This document shows positions 24,298-37,300 of a stretch of DNA of 64,000 nucleotides, piece by piece. The stretch comes from Macrostomum lignano (lineage: Eukaryota), in assembly GCA_002269645.1 (NCBI GenBank), contig NIVC01001315.1, positions 62,001 to 126,000 on the forward strand, given 5' to 3'. The translations under genes were made by a program, and so were the position numbers. Below the pieces are notes generated by a model. The model was not told the DNA's origin. It ran no database searches and saw only the letters and a list, made by a program, of their open reading frames with translations. Every line of letters starts with the position of its first letter. The first letter of the stretch is position 1.

Positions 24298-27200
24298 TCA
24301 CGCCAACAGCCTGTCGATGGCCTCCTCCGCCAAGCGCTGCTGTCCATCGAACAGCGCCTCCGCCACGCGCTGATTTGTGGCGCCAACTTTGAGCGCCGCC
24401 AAAGCGGCCAGCAGGCGCGGCAGCCGGCCGAAGGCGCGCGGGTTGGCGGCGGCGGCCAGGCAGGCGAGGGCCTGATGCCGCAGCGACTGCAGCTTCACCC
24501 GCTGCTGGCTGAGCAGCGCCGGCTGCAGCAGCGCCAGGCTCTCCATCAGCGCCAGTTCGCCGGGCGCCGGCGCCAGCTCCAGCACCAGGCGCAGCGGACC
24601 GGCCAGGCCAGCCCGGCAGCACCGCTCCAGCAGCCCGGCAACCGAGGCGGCACCCAGGCGGTCAGTGGGGGCGGCGAGGCTCAGCGTCAGCAGCTGGCCC
24701 CAGCCGGCGCGCAGCAGGCAGCGCTTCTCATCCGGGAGCAGCGACTGGAACAGCTGGTTGCCGGCCTGCAGGCGGGCGACGGCGGCCTCCAGCAGGTCGC
24801 TGCCCGAGACGCCGCTTCGCCGGACTGGCGGCACCAGCGCCGGCTGCGGCGGCGGCAGAAGCGGCAGGAATGGCAGCGGCAGCAGAAACTGCTGATGCTG
24901 CTGATGCGGCTGCAGCTGCGGCAAAAACATCGGCGGCATCAGCGGCGGCGGCAGTGGCGGCGGCATCGGCAGCGGCACCGGGGGCGGGGTTGTCGCCCTT
25001 GCTGAGCTTCGGCTGCCGCCGCTGCCTCCGCAGGCCATCGATGAGGATTGGGAATTGTGGCACTGCTGACCGGCCGAGGACTGCCTGCCGGGGTCCCTGG
25101 AGCCCTTGTTCTTGCGGGCCCACGCTCCTCTTGCACGGCTGGAGACGGAGAGAGGACAAAGACTAGATGAGGGAATACAAAGACTAGATTGGGGAATACA
25201 AAGACTAGATTGGGGAATACAAAGACTAGATTGGGGAATACAAAGACTAGATTGGGGAATACAAAGACTAGATTGGGGAATACAAAGACTAGATTGGGGA
25301 ATACAAAGACTAGATTGGGGAATACAAAGACTAGATTGGGGAATACAAAGACTAGATTGGGGAATACAAAGACTAGATTGAGGAATACAAAGACTAGATT
25401 TGGGAATACAAAGATTAGATTGGGAATACAAAGACTAGAATGGGGAATACAAAGACTAGATTGGGGAATACAAAGACTAGATTGGGGAATACAAAGACTA
25501 GATTGGGGAATACAAAGACTATATTGAGGAATACAAAGACTAGATTGGGGAATACAAAGACTAGATTGGGGAATACAAAGACTAGATTGGGGAATACAAA
25601 GACTATATTGAGGAATAAAAAGACTAGATTGGGGAATGCAAAGACTAGATTGGGGAATGCAAAGACTAGATTGGGGAATACAAAGACTAGATTGGGGAAT
25701 ACAAAGACTATATTGAGGAATAAAAAGACTAGATTGGGGAATGCAAAGACTAGATTGGGGAATACAAAGACAGTTGTAGCTAAAACGAACACAGCGAAAG
25801 TCTTGCTTGCAGTGGAACTAGCAGATTGGTCTGGAATGAGTTGAGACCTCTGCCACTTTTAAGGCATCGGGTGACTATGTGACGGGCTTCGGCCATAGAC
25901 ATATTTGATTAGGGGAATATGGGGGAATACAGACAATTCTCCAAAGCGGAGATGTTTGAAATAAAAAATTGCCTACCATTTTTATTCATGCTGACGGCGA
26001 AGCATTTTTGCAGACGGCAGAAAGGACACCAGTTTCGGCGGGCTTTGTCGATCAGGCAGGTGCCCTTGCCGGCTGTGGGCAGAGTCGGGGAGTGGATGTT
26101 TGTGTCCGGGTTAGTGGCTCTGTCTGTGTCCGGGTTAGTGGCTCTGTCTGTGTCCGGGTTAGTGGCTCTGTCTGTGTCCGGGTTAGTGGCTCTGTCTGTG
26201 TCCGGGTTAGTGGCTCTGTCTGTGTCCGGGTTAGTGGCTCTGTCTGTGTCCGGGTTAGTGGCTCTGTCTGTGTCCGGGTTAGTGGCTCTGTCTGTGTCCG
26301 GGTTAGTGGCTCTGTCTGTGTCCGGGTTAGTGGCTCTGTCTGTGTCCGGGTTAGTGGCTCTGTCTGTGTCCGGGTTAGTGGCTCTGTCTGTGTCCGGGTT
26401 AGTGGCTCTGTCTGTGTCCGGGTTACTGTCTATGGTTATTTTTTTTAAAATCTGATTATGCAGTTTTCAACTACTCTTCAATACGTTCTAACACCTGGTA
26501 CATGTAGTTCTTCTTTGCCATTGTGGCCAGGAAATGATGCTCTGAAAAATGCTCTCTGCTCATCATTTTTCCGGAGATAAACAGAAATAAGGGATTCTCA
26601 TGAGAGAAGTGGCGGTACATCTAAACGTCTGAAACAGCCCATAAACCCAACCAAGGACCACTGTAGTAGAGTGGTCCTTGAACCCAACTACAGTAGGCTT
26701 TGCCGTCTGCACTACAGAGGTAACTCGAGCTACCATAGACAGAAATCCAGTTCCCACGCTTGCAAGCATTTTACGTGCCTTGCAGCAGCTGAGTCTAATA
26801 ATTGAATCAAACTTGATCCCCAACACCGCAGGCTGCCAGCCGTCAATCCCACCGTAAAGTCGCCATGACCGAAGCTTCGCCGTCCGCTCCTGCCCCTCCG
26901 GCACCTGCCGCAGCGGCTTCAGCCGCCACCTCGGAGTCCGACCTGGACTGGGTATACGTGAAGCTGGACCCTGATAACACCGGCTCTATCCCGGTGGACG
27001 AATTCTACCAGTTCATCACTCAGCACGAGCCGGCCAGGCAGTGTGTTGAGCACACCGCCCGCTACATCCTCGGCCTGTTCTGCCGCACCCAGCCAGGCCG
27101 CCTCACCCGGTCGGAGCTGGCGGCCTACATCAGCCTGTGCCGCAACGGCACCAGGGAGGATCAGTACGGCCTCATCTTCCAGGATGCTGGGCGGCGCTGG

Positions 27201-29794
27201 CCCGGCTGGCTGGCTAGAGACGAGCTGGTGCGCCTTATCGAGGACAAGTACCAGCAGGTGCTCAAGCCCGACTTTGAGGACATCTTCGACAACTGCGACG
27301 AGGACATGGACGGCCGGCTGACCCTGGCCGAGTTCATCAAGTTCATCGGCATCTACGAGCTCTGACGGGGCCGCGGCCCGGAGCTGTCGAACTTTGTTTG
27401 CTGACAAAACTGACATGCAGGCTTCTGCAGCGATATGTACGGTACATGAGACACTGTAGAAATGCTTTTTTCGTTTGCATTCGGCCTAGCAGAAATGCAG
27501 CATATTCCAAACTTTTGCTTCGTGCCTTGCTGTGATTTGCCCCTTATCGAAACACAGCTCATAGTCTCAGTCTGTCATCTCCTCTCCACTCAGTCACAGT
27601 CTGTCATCTCCGCTCCACTCAGTCACTCACAGTCTGTCATCTCCGCTCCACTCAGTCTCAGTCTGTCATCTCCTCTCCACTCAGTCACAGTCTGTCATCT
27701 CCGCTCCACTCAGTCTCAGTCTGTCATCTCCTCTCCACTCAGTCACAGTCTGTCATCTCCGCTCCACTCAGTCACTCACAGTCTGTCATCTCCTCTCCAC
27801 TCAGTCTCAGTCTGTCATCTCCTCTCCACTCAGTCACAGTCTGTCATCTCCGCTCCACTCAGTCACTCACAGTCTGTCATCTCCGCTCCACTCAGTCTCA
27901 GTCTGTCATCTCCTCTCCACTCAGTCACAGTCTGTCATCTCCTCTCCACTCAGTCACAGTCTGTCATCTCCTCTCCACTCAGTCTCAGTCTGTCATCTCC
28001 TCTCCACTCAGTCACAGTCTGTCATCTCCTCTCCACTCAGTCTCAGTCTGTCATCTCCGCTCCACTCAGTCTCAGTCTGTCATCTCCTCTCCACTCAGTC
28101 ACAGTCTGTCATCTCCTCTCCACTCAGTCTCAGTCTGTCATCTCCTCTCCACTCAGTCACAGTCTGTCATCTCCTCTCCACTCAGTCACAGTCTGTCATC
28201 TCCTCTCCACTCAGTCACAGTCTGTCATCTCCTCTCCACTCAGTCTCAGTCTGTCATCTCCGTTCCACTCAGTCACTCACAGTCTGTCATCTCCTCTCCA
28301 CTCAGTCACAGTCTGTCATCTCCTCTCCACTCAGTCTCAGTCTGTCATCTCCGTTCCACTCAGTCACTCACAGTCTGTCATCTCCTCTCCACTCAGTCTC
28401 AGTCTGTCATCTCCGTTCCACTCAGTCACTCACAGTCTGTCATCTCCGCTCCACTCAGTCACTCACAGTCTGTCATCTCCGTTCCACTCAGTCACAGTCT
28501 GTCATCTCCGCTCCGCTCAGTCACTCACAGATGCAGGTGTAGCTCATTCTCTTGCGAATCGACCGCTTGAAGAAGCAGGAGCAGCCGTCGCAGCAGAAGA
28601 CTCCGTAGTGCTTGCCGTAGCTCTTGTCGCCGCAGATGAGGCAGGGCACCGGCACCGGCAGGGTTCGGCCTGTGAAGGGCGATTTGGAAGGCCTGATTTA
28701 AATTTGACCAATTCGAGTGCAGCTGTGGTTTGAATGTCTGAGGAGGCTGGGTGGCCAAGCCTGAAGTCTGGGATTGTGGGGCTCAGCGCTGCCAATTAAG
28801 TCTGAAGTCTTGGGGAAGGAGGAAGGCGGGGCTCAGGGCTGCCAAGCCTGAAGTCTGCGGGGGGGGGCTCAGGGCTGCCAAGCCTGAAGTCTGCGGGGGG
28901 GCTCAGGGCTGCCAAGCCTGAAGTCTGCGGGGGAGGGGCTCAGGGCTGCCAAGCCTGAAGTCTGCGGGGGGCTCAGGGCTGCCAAGCCTGAAGTCTGGGG
29001 GGGGGGGGTTCAAGGCTGCCAAGCCTGAAGTCTGGGGGGGGGGGTTCAAGGCTGCCAAGCCTGAAGTCTGGGGGGGTTTCAAGGCTGCCAAGCCTGAAGT
29101 CTGGGGGGGGGGTTCAAGGCTGCCAAGCCTGAAGTCTGGGGGGGTTCAAGGCTGCCAAGCCTGAAGTCTGGGGGGGGTTCAAGGCTGCCAAGCCTGAAGT
29201 CTGGGGGGGGGTTTCAAGGCTGCCAAGCCTGAAGTCTGGGGGGGGGTTTCAAGGCTGCCAAGCCTGAAGTCTGGGGGGGGGTTCAAGGCTGCCAAGCCTG
29301 AAGTCTGGGGGGGGGGGTTTCAAGGCTGCCAAGCCTGAAGTCTGGGGGGGGGTTCAAGGCTGCCAAGCCTGAAGTCTGGGGGGGGTTCAAGGCTGCCAAG
29401 CCTGAAGTCTGGGGGGGGGGTTTCAAGGCTGCCAAGCCTGAAGTCTGGGGGGGGTTCAAGGCTGCCAAGCCTGAAGTCTGGGGGGGGGGGTTCAAGGCTG
29501 CCAAGCCTGAAGTCTGGGGGGGGGTTCAAGGCTGCCAAGCCTGAAGTCTGGGGGGGGTTTCAAGGCTGCCAAGCCTGAAGTCTGGGGGGGGTTCAAGGCT
29601 GCCAAGCCTGAAGTCTGGGGGGGGGGGGGTTTCAAGGCTGCCAAGCCTGAAGTCTGGGGGGGGTTTCAAGGCTGCCAAGCCTGAAGTCTGGGGGGGGGGT
29701 TCAAGGCTGCCAAGCCTGAAGTCTGGGGGGGGGGATGCGCAGTTCAGTGGGCGATCGCAACCAGATTAAATGATGCAGTCGGAGACTCACCCAT
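24298..29794 (-). CDS. Hr83: Nuclear receptor, NR2E group (Hr83/NR2E5-like); exons 29794-29791, 28669-28529, 26072-25977, 25138-24298; one-base frameshift near 25117
   Basis: M-G|[46 protein letters not shown]|[32 protein letters not shown]|AVQEERGP, followed by a divergent LBD ([29 protein letters not shown]). The CDGCSC P-box and DKARRNWCP are typical of Hr83. Exon sum is 1082 nt, one short of a multiple of 3. Confidence 0.9.
25145..25770. repeat. 21-bp minisatellite (GACTAGATTGGGGAATACAAA), receptor intron 3
   Basis: About 30 tandem units. Confidence 0.95.
26095..26425. repeat. 24-bp near-perfect minisatellite (TGTGTCCGGGTTAGTGGCTCTGTC), receptor intron 2
   Basis: About 13 units. Confidence 0.95.
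26865..27365 (+). CDS. Intronless EF-hand calcium-binding protein (NCS/calcineurin-B-like), nested antisense in receptor intron 2
   Basis: GCCATG start, 166 aa. Canonical loops [12 protein letters not shown] and [12 protein letters not shown]; NCS-like [24 protein letters not shown]; strongly GC3-rich codons. Confidence 0.9.
   Translation: MTEASPSAPAPPAPAAAASAATSESDLDWVYVKLDPDNTGSIPVDEFYQFITQHEPARQCVEHTARYILGLFCRTQPGRLTRSELAAYISLCRNGTREDQYGLIFQDAGRRWPGWLARDELVRLIEDKYQQVLKPDFEDIFDNCDEDMDGRLTLAEFIKFIGIYEL
27560..28528. repeat. About 29-33-bp minisatellite (CTCAGTCACAGTCTGTCATCTCCTCTCCA) abutting the receptor exon-2 donor
   Basis: About 30 tandem units. Confidence 0.95.
28810..29735. repeat. 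About 33-38-bp minisatellite (GGCTGCCAAGCCTGAAGTCT-Gn-TTCAA), receptor intron 1
   Basis: Tandem units with G runs of 7-14. Confidence 0.95.
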
Positions 29795-31384
29795 GATAAT
29801 TGGTTCCGATCGCTCAGGTAAGCGGATAAATTAGCGGGTATTTCGGTTTGCAGCCAGCGAAGTTGATCCCGCTGCATCCCGGGAGCTGCGCGCCGCTGCC
29901 TTTTTATCCACAAGAAAAAGCAGCTGCAGGGGTGACGCGCGCGCTTGGACAAACTGATCGCCCCATCGATTCCCGCTGCGCCTCACGCCCGCTCAGTGAA
30001 AGATGAGTCGAGTGTGGCAATGAGGGATGAGTGAAAGAGGAAAAAGACAAGAGGCCAAGCTGGGGGGTTGTCGGCGGCTGAGAAGTTGGCTGCGGCAGCT
30101 GCAACCACTTTTCTCCCAAACACGGCCCCCGGGCTGGAGCAACTTCCCCAGCAGCCGGCAGGGGATCAGGCGTGAAATCCGGTGTTTAGGCGGAGTGTCA
30201 GTTCACCTGGCGGGCTGAGCCGGGGTCTGGTGGGGTAAGATGACACGTAATTTCAATAATGCTTTGCATTGCCGATTCGCGGCTCAACTCTCGGGGCGCT
30301 CGCGTGGCGGCCGATTCCTTGCCGATCGAGTCTCCGCGGCTAAAGAAAATCTTTAGGATTTTCTTGGAAACCGATCGCTTTTGTTTGACGAGGAGTTGAA
30401 CGAGCCGGGCGGCCTTCAAATGGCTTTCCGACTGTTCGGGGAGGCCGGGCTGCCCCGCGGGCCTCCCTGGCCGGGTCGCCCCACTCCTGCCCGGGCGCCG
30501 GCTGTGTGAACACCTGCAGCGATAATCACCGCCGGGTTCTCATCTCCCCAGCTTGAAATGGCTTGGCCGCGCGATCTCCGCTCTGGAGCAAAAGAAGAAG
30601 CTGCAGAAAGCCGTTGTGGGCCAGGAGCTTGAGGGGGGCTTGCTTATTTGACAGATGCCCGGCCTGCTCAATGTTATTGGACCCGATCAATATAGCGGAG
30701 AGAGCTTAAGTGGCTGCTCAAGATGAGCGACTTGAAATCCAGACGGATGGCCGGGCAGTGGAGAATGAGAGGCAAGTAAATGCTGAACTCGCAATTTAAG
30801 TCGGCAGATTTGAGATTAGTAGAATAGCAAACAACGGTGGTGTATTACATGGGAGTGACGACTGAGATGACGTGATCGAGAATATAAGACTAATCCGATC
30901 TTAGCTTAAGGTCCTTGAAATAAATTGTGCTCTAAAATGCAAATTTAAAAGAAAATTTCCATTACAAATTCTTTAATTATGATTTAAGAAATGAGTCAGT
31001 ATCGTCTATCGTCTACTTGAATTTATAGTGGCATGAAAGCGAACTCTAGAACTTCTGTCTAGAAATAAAAGCAAGGCCCTCACATTAGTCCATATTTAGT
31101 CTATTTTTCTATAGAATAGATTTCTATTTCTATATTTCTATATTTCGCGTCTATATTTAGTATAGAAAGCTTAAAATTGAAAATTTCAAAATTTATGAGG
31201 GCTTGTGACTGAATTACAAAATTATCCCATGCTATAGCTCCTGAATGCTGTCGAACTCTGAGTAACTTGGCACAGAATGTTTTGTTAATACCGTTTTGTT
31301 CCGCGTGTAGCTTTAATGCAAAAAAGATCTCCGGTGCTTGCTAGAGAATCTTTGTCTGCGAACCTTCAAACTACACGGCAATAA

Positions 31385-31540
31385 AATGAGTGCCTGCTGC
31401 GGCACTAAAATCAGTGCCTGCGGCGCTAAAGTGAGTGCCTGTGACGCTAAAGTGAGTGCCTGTGGCGCTAAAAAAGTGAGTGTCTGCGGCGTTAAAATGG
31501 TGCGTTCGCGCTAAAATGAGTGCCTGCGGCGCTAAAATAA
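31385..31540. repeat. Short degenerate 20-22-bp tandem repeat (AAAGTGAGTGCCTGCGGCGCT)
   Basis: About 7 units. Confidence 0.7.
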
Positions 31541-34262
31541 TTTCTGACAACACCGATTCTTAAAATAATGTACATGTAGAAATTTAGTCATGTGCATGCA
31601 CATGATATGTACAATTCTTGGCTTTGTCGATTCCCATCACCATAAAATCCATGGCGACGCCCCTGCGTATTGAAACAACGCCAGCACGGATATGAGATGG
31701 CCGCGCGCGCGGGACAGGCCGGTCCAACTTGTGGCGTGTCGGTGGAAGTCGATGGATTACCCGCCACATTCGCCCGGCGCCCGCCCAAGATGCCCGAAAT
31801 TGTGACAACGAATCCCATAGCAGCACCCGCGGGCAAATGATGGGCAGTGTACTGGCCAAAGCGTAGAGCGGAGAGCTCTCGAGTCGACGCGTGCTAAATC
31901 AGCGCCTTAACTACGCTACCTTAACTTCTAACTGGTGATCATAAGATCATGGGGGCATGTTGTTGAACTCTGTCACTTAGGTTACAGACTGATTGGTTAA
32001 TATCGTTCCGTTCCGCAGCTTAAATTTACCTCGTCCCCAAAAAAGAATTCTGGCACTTGAATTTGTGTGCTTGCGTTACTCCATTCGGACGCATCAAACA
32101 AAAATCGCCTGAGTCTATAACTTTGCCATTTTTTAATAAAAATTGTATTCTATAACCACTAAACGACTATGTAACGACAATGGACATAACGACAATAGAG
32201 GACGATGTTTCAATTCGCGCTGAATTTGAAAAGAAAAAATAAAGTGTGAAGGTCAAGGACCTTCGTAGTAGTAGAATCTCAGATCTTTTCAGACATAAAA
32301 AGTTATGTAGTTAGTCTAGACCATGTTTTGCTTCTAAACGGATGTTATGGTGTCGTTTTTGCTTTTCCTTTAGTTTTGGGCTAAGATAAAAGTCTTATTA
32401 TGAAATTGGAATATTGTGTGCAGAAGAGTTTTTATTTGAACTCCGTTTGCATCGGCCATCAGCGTTCGTTTTATGTTTCTGAAGTCGTTTAATTGCATTG
32501 AGATTAAATTATTCCTAAGTTAAATTGTTATAAAACAAAAATACATATCATACGCGTTACATGGTGTTACGAAATGTATTCCTTTTGTTTGTTCTGTAGT
32601 CCAGTACACTGTATGGTATAAATATCATGTTCATCAGATTCCATAAAATAAATAACCTTCCTTATAAGCGATATATTATTTTAATCATCGTCTGATAATA
32701 AATAATACTTCTCTAAAGGTGAAACTGAAATGAAAATAAAAGATTTGTACAATATATAATGGGGACCTCAAGGATGAATTTCAACCCAAGAAATTTAATT
32801 ATCTTTGTTGTTGGTATGAATCAAAATGTATTCCAAACTTAGTGGAGACGTTTTTAGTTGAAAATATAATTATATTTATTACTTTTGTATTTAAGTATAC
32901 TGGAACATAGTCATTTAACTCAGGTTTTTTCTGTATACTATTAAATGAATCCTATTTAATGATAATATTTATATTAAAAATTATTTAAAATGGGTCACCG
33001 ATAGCTGATATTCTATCTAGAAGGTCATTAATTTGTTTAAAATTCTTAGGATATATTGTCCAAGGCTGAAGGATAAGCAAATATACCAAACAGTTTAGAA
33101 GATTTTGCCATGGCCAAGGCAAATTCATTATGAGTTTAAGTTTCATTGTGGTTAATTTGATATTGATATTGAAACGTAATTCATTTTGGTTAAATTAAAT
33201 AAAATATAGTAAATTTTTATATATCATAGATCAGGGAGTGAAATTTAGAATAAAAAGATTAATTAAAAGAGATTTAATAGGTTAGTTTACTATAAACAAA
33301 ATTTGGATTCCCTAAATTGTATACAATATCTTAATCAATAGGTAGCCTAATACTATCTTAGAAAAAACATATGCTTTTTAATGAGTAATTTTATGTAGGT
33401 ATTTTCTTAGCACTATTCTGTATAATTTTATTATATTTTTAATACCAAAGTCAAAGATAAATTTTGTTTAAATTTCATGTAGTCTCATTTCTAATAGTGA
33501 AAAAATAATAAATAATTCTTTCACAAGGTCATTCAAACATGCCCCTATACCTGATGTTATGTATATGTAGATTGATTTTATTTCAAATTGCAAAATGTAC
33601 TTTTGCTAGGTATTATATTTTTTACTAAATCTTAAAGCTTAGTCTTGATTTGATTAATCTTAAATAAATTAAAATTAACCAAAAATTAAATTTGTTATAA
33701 TATATAATATATTGCTGATTTCTGGTTCAAGCATAATTTTATTTTAATATCCTAGAAAGAAATTTTATACAAGACTACTTGTATATTACAAGTTGATTAT
33801 AATAAAGTGAAAGTTGAATAGAATAAATTAATATTTAATATTCCTTATTTCGTATTTCTTTGTAACCATAGTTGATTTAGATAAACATAAACTATAAAAT
33901 ACATCAGGATTTAAATTATAATAGAATCCAGTTCTGTTCAAACAAGGTGCCAATTTGGCAATTGAGGTTCAAATTCAGATTGCTAAGATGACAGTTAAGG
34001 TGCCATGACAAATTATAATGCAAAAAATGAATAACAAGCATTTATAATTTGATGACTATAGAAAATCATAGAAAAGCAAGTCATATAAATATGTACAAAA
34101 TTTTTGTAATTTAACTAGTCCTCAAGATAGCTGTGAGTGGTAGTTGGGATCCTTTAGGCAAATTTTTTGTATGGCAAAATTAATTAAAGTTGTTTTTGAA
34201 TTTCTTGCATGCATTTTTCAGGCCTTCTCTTCTAAGTTTATCTAGCCTCAGCAGACAGTGCC

Positions 34263-34282
34263 ATGTCGGCCCCTCAGCAGCC

Positions 34283-34318
<36 letters not shown>

Positions 34319-37300
34319 CCCAGCCGTGGGCTATGCAGGCCCCGGCTACCAGCAGCCACAGGGGCAGCCAATGCAAGCTGGCTACGCCCCGGTGCCTCAG
34401 CAGCCTCAGCTGGGCGCCCCCACTGGCCAGGTGGTGTGGATGAACAAGCCTGCCGCCTTTCCCGGCTGCCCGCCCGGGCTGGAGTACCTGACCCAGGTGG
34501 ACCAGCTGCTGGTGCATCAGCAGATCGAACTGCTGGAGGTGTTCACCAACTGGGAGACAAAGAATAAGTACCAGGTGAGAGGCTTCAGTTGGTGTAGAAA
34601 TCCTTTCAATGGTTGTAGATTAATGTTAATAGAGTGAGAGCAGGGATCCTGATATAGGATAAGATTTACAGTTCCTAAAACTGGATGGGGTGCGGTCTAG
34701 GGATCTTGAAGTCAATGGGGTAAGATTTAGGGATCTTGAATTCAATGGGGTGAGATTTAGGGATCTTGAAGTTGATGGGGTGAGATTTAGGGATCCTGAA
34801 GTTGATGGGGTGAGATTTAGGGATCTTGAAGTTGATGGGGTGAAATTTAGGGATCTTGAAGTCAATGGGGTAAGATTTAGGGATCTTAAAGTCAATGGGG
34901 TGAGATTTAGGGATCTTGAAGTCAATGGGGTGAGATTTAGGGATCCTGAAGTTGATGGGGTGAGATTTAGGGATCTTGAAGTTGATGGGGTGAGATTTAG
35001 GGATCTTGAAGTCAATGGGGTAAGATTTAGGGATCCTTAAGTCAATGGGGTGAGATTTAGGGATCTTGAAGTCAATGGGTGAGATTTAGTGATCTTGAAG
35101 TCAATGGGGTGGCATTTTAAGATCTAGAAGTCGATGGGTGAGATTTCAAGATCTTAAAGTCAAGGAGGTGAGATTTAGGGATCTTGAGGTCAATGGGGTG
35201 AAATTTCAAGATCTTGAAGTCGATGGGGTGAGGTTTAGGGATCTTAAAGTCGATAGGGTGAGATTTAAGTATCTTGAAGTCGATGGTGTGAGATTTAAGG
35301 ATTTTGAAGTCAATGGGGGTGAGATTTAGAGATCTTGAAGTCAATGGGGTGAGATTTAAGGATTTTGAAGTCGATCGGGTGAGATTTAAGGATTTTGAAG
35401 TCGATCGGGTGAGATCCCAATTCTGACTAGTATTACTGGAGCTCCCGACCGCCCCGCAGGTGAAGAACAGCATGGGCCAGCAGGTGTACTTCGCTGCCGA
35501 AGAGTCGGACGTGTGCGCCAGGCAGTGCTGCGGCCCACAGCGCGGCTTCGTGATGCACATCACCGACAACCTTGGCGCCGAGGTGATCCGCGTGACCCGG
35601 CAGTTCAAGTGCTGCGCCTGCCCCGGCTGCTACTGCATGGCCGGCATGGATTGCTGCGCCCACGAACTGCAGATCGAGGCCCCGCCCGGCAGCGTCATCG
35701 CCTACGTCAAGCAGCAGTGCAGCTGCCTGGAGCCCAGCTACGTCATCCAGGACGCTGGGCGCAAGACCGTCCTGCAGATACGGGGCCCCGTGTGCATCTG
35801 CCAGGGACCCTGCTGCACCTGGGACCAGGAGTTTAAGGTACGAGCTTTGTGCACTGTTGCTGAGGGCTGGAGACTTGGATCTTGATGCTGTGACAGGTGT
35901 TGCAGATGTGATGCTGTGACAGGTGTTGCAGATGTGATGCTGTGACAGGTGTTGCAGATGTGATGCTGTGACAGGTGTTGCAGATGTGATGCTGTGACAG
36001 GTGTTGCAGATGTGATGCTGTGACAGGTGTTGCAGATGTGATGCTGTGACAGGTGTTGCAGATGTGATGCTGTGACAGTACAGGTTGTTGCAGATGTGAT
36101 GCTGTGACAGGTGTTGCAGATGTGATGCTGTGACAGGTTGTTGCAGATGTGATGCTGTGACAGGTTGTTGCAGATGTGATGCTGTGACAGGTTGTTGCAG
36201 ATGTGATGCTGTGACAGGTGTTGCAGATGTGATGCTGTGACAGGTTGTTGCAGATGTGATGCTGTGACAGGTGTTGCAGATGTGATGCTGTGACAGTACA
36301 GGTTGTTGCAGATGTGATGCTGTGACAGTACAGGTTGTTGCAGATGTGATGCTGTGACAGGTGTTGCAGATGTGATGCTGTGACAGGCTGTTGCAGATGT
36401 GATGCTGTGACAGTACAGGCTGTTGCAGATGTGATGCTGTGACAGTACAGGTTGCAGAATCCAAGTGCTCCCCGACCCCACCCACCCCGCTCAGGTGTAC
36501 TCAGCCGACATGGCGCATGAAGTTGGCAAGATCAGCAAGCAGTGGTCCGGTTTCATCCGGGAGTACTTCACGGATGCTGACAATTTTGGCGTGTCCTGTG
36601 AGTGGCTGGTGACAGCGGTGGATTGGTGTCCACCGCAGGGTTTCCTGAACTTGGCGTTGCTTTTTGGCGCCACGTCGATGCTAATTTTGCGGGCACTGAG
36701 GCCATTGGTGGCACTGGTGATGTCAATTGATGTCAATTTGATGTCACAATTGCCATTTACATTTGCGTACCTTGAATCTTGACATTTATATGTCACTGAT
36801 GCCACTTAGATGTCACTGGGACATTGGACAGTAGAGCAGCTGTCTCTGGTTAAACTAGGCTGTTGTGACTACAGAATCAGTCACAATGCACATTGTCTAG
36901 AAATGCACAATCTGCAACAGCAGTTGGCATCCCACTTCCCCACCACTTCAGTCCCGATGGACCTGGACGTGAAGATCAAGGCCGCCATGGTGGGAGCCGT
37001 GTTCCTCATCGTAAGTACTCTGCGTCTGGCCCCGACTCCCCAGTTGCTGGGATTGGGATTCCAGTCTGACTGCCTCTGGCCCCGACTCCCCAGTTGCTGG
37101 GATTCCAGTCTGACTGTCTCTGGCCCCGACTCCCCAGTTGCTGGGATTCCAGTCTGACTGTCTCTGGCCCCGACTCCCCAGTTGCTAGGATTCCAGTCTG
37201 ACTGTCTCTGGCCCCGACTCCCCAGTTGCTGGGATTCCAGTCTGACTGCCTCTGGCCCCGACTCCCCAGTTGCTGGGATTCCAGTCTGACTGTCTCTGGC

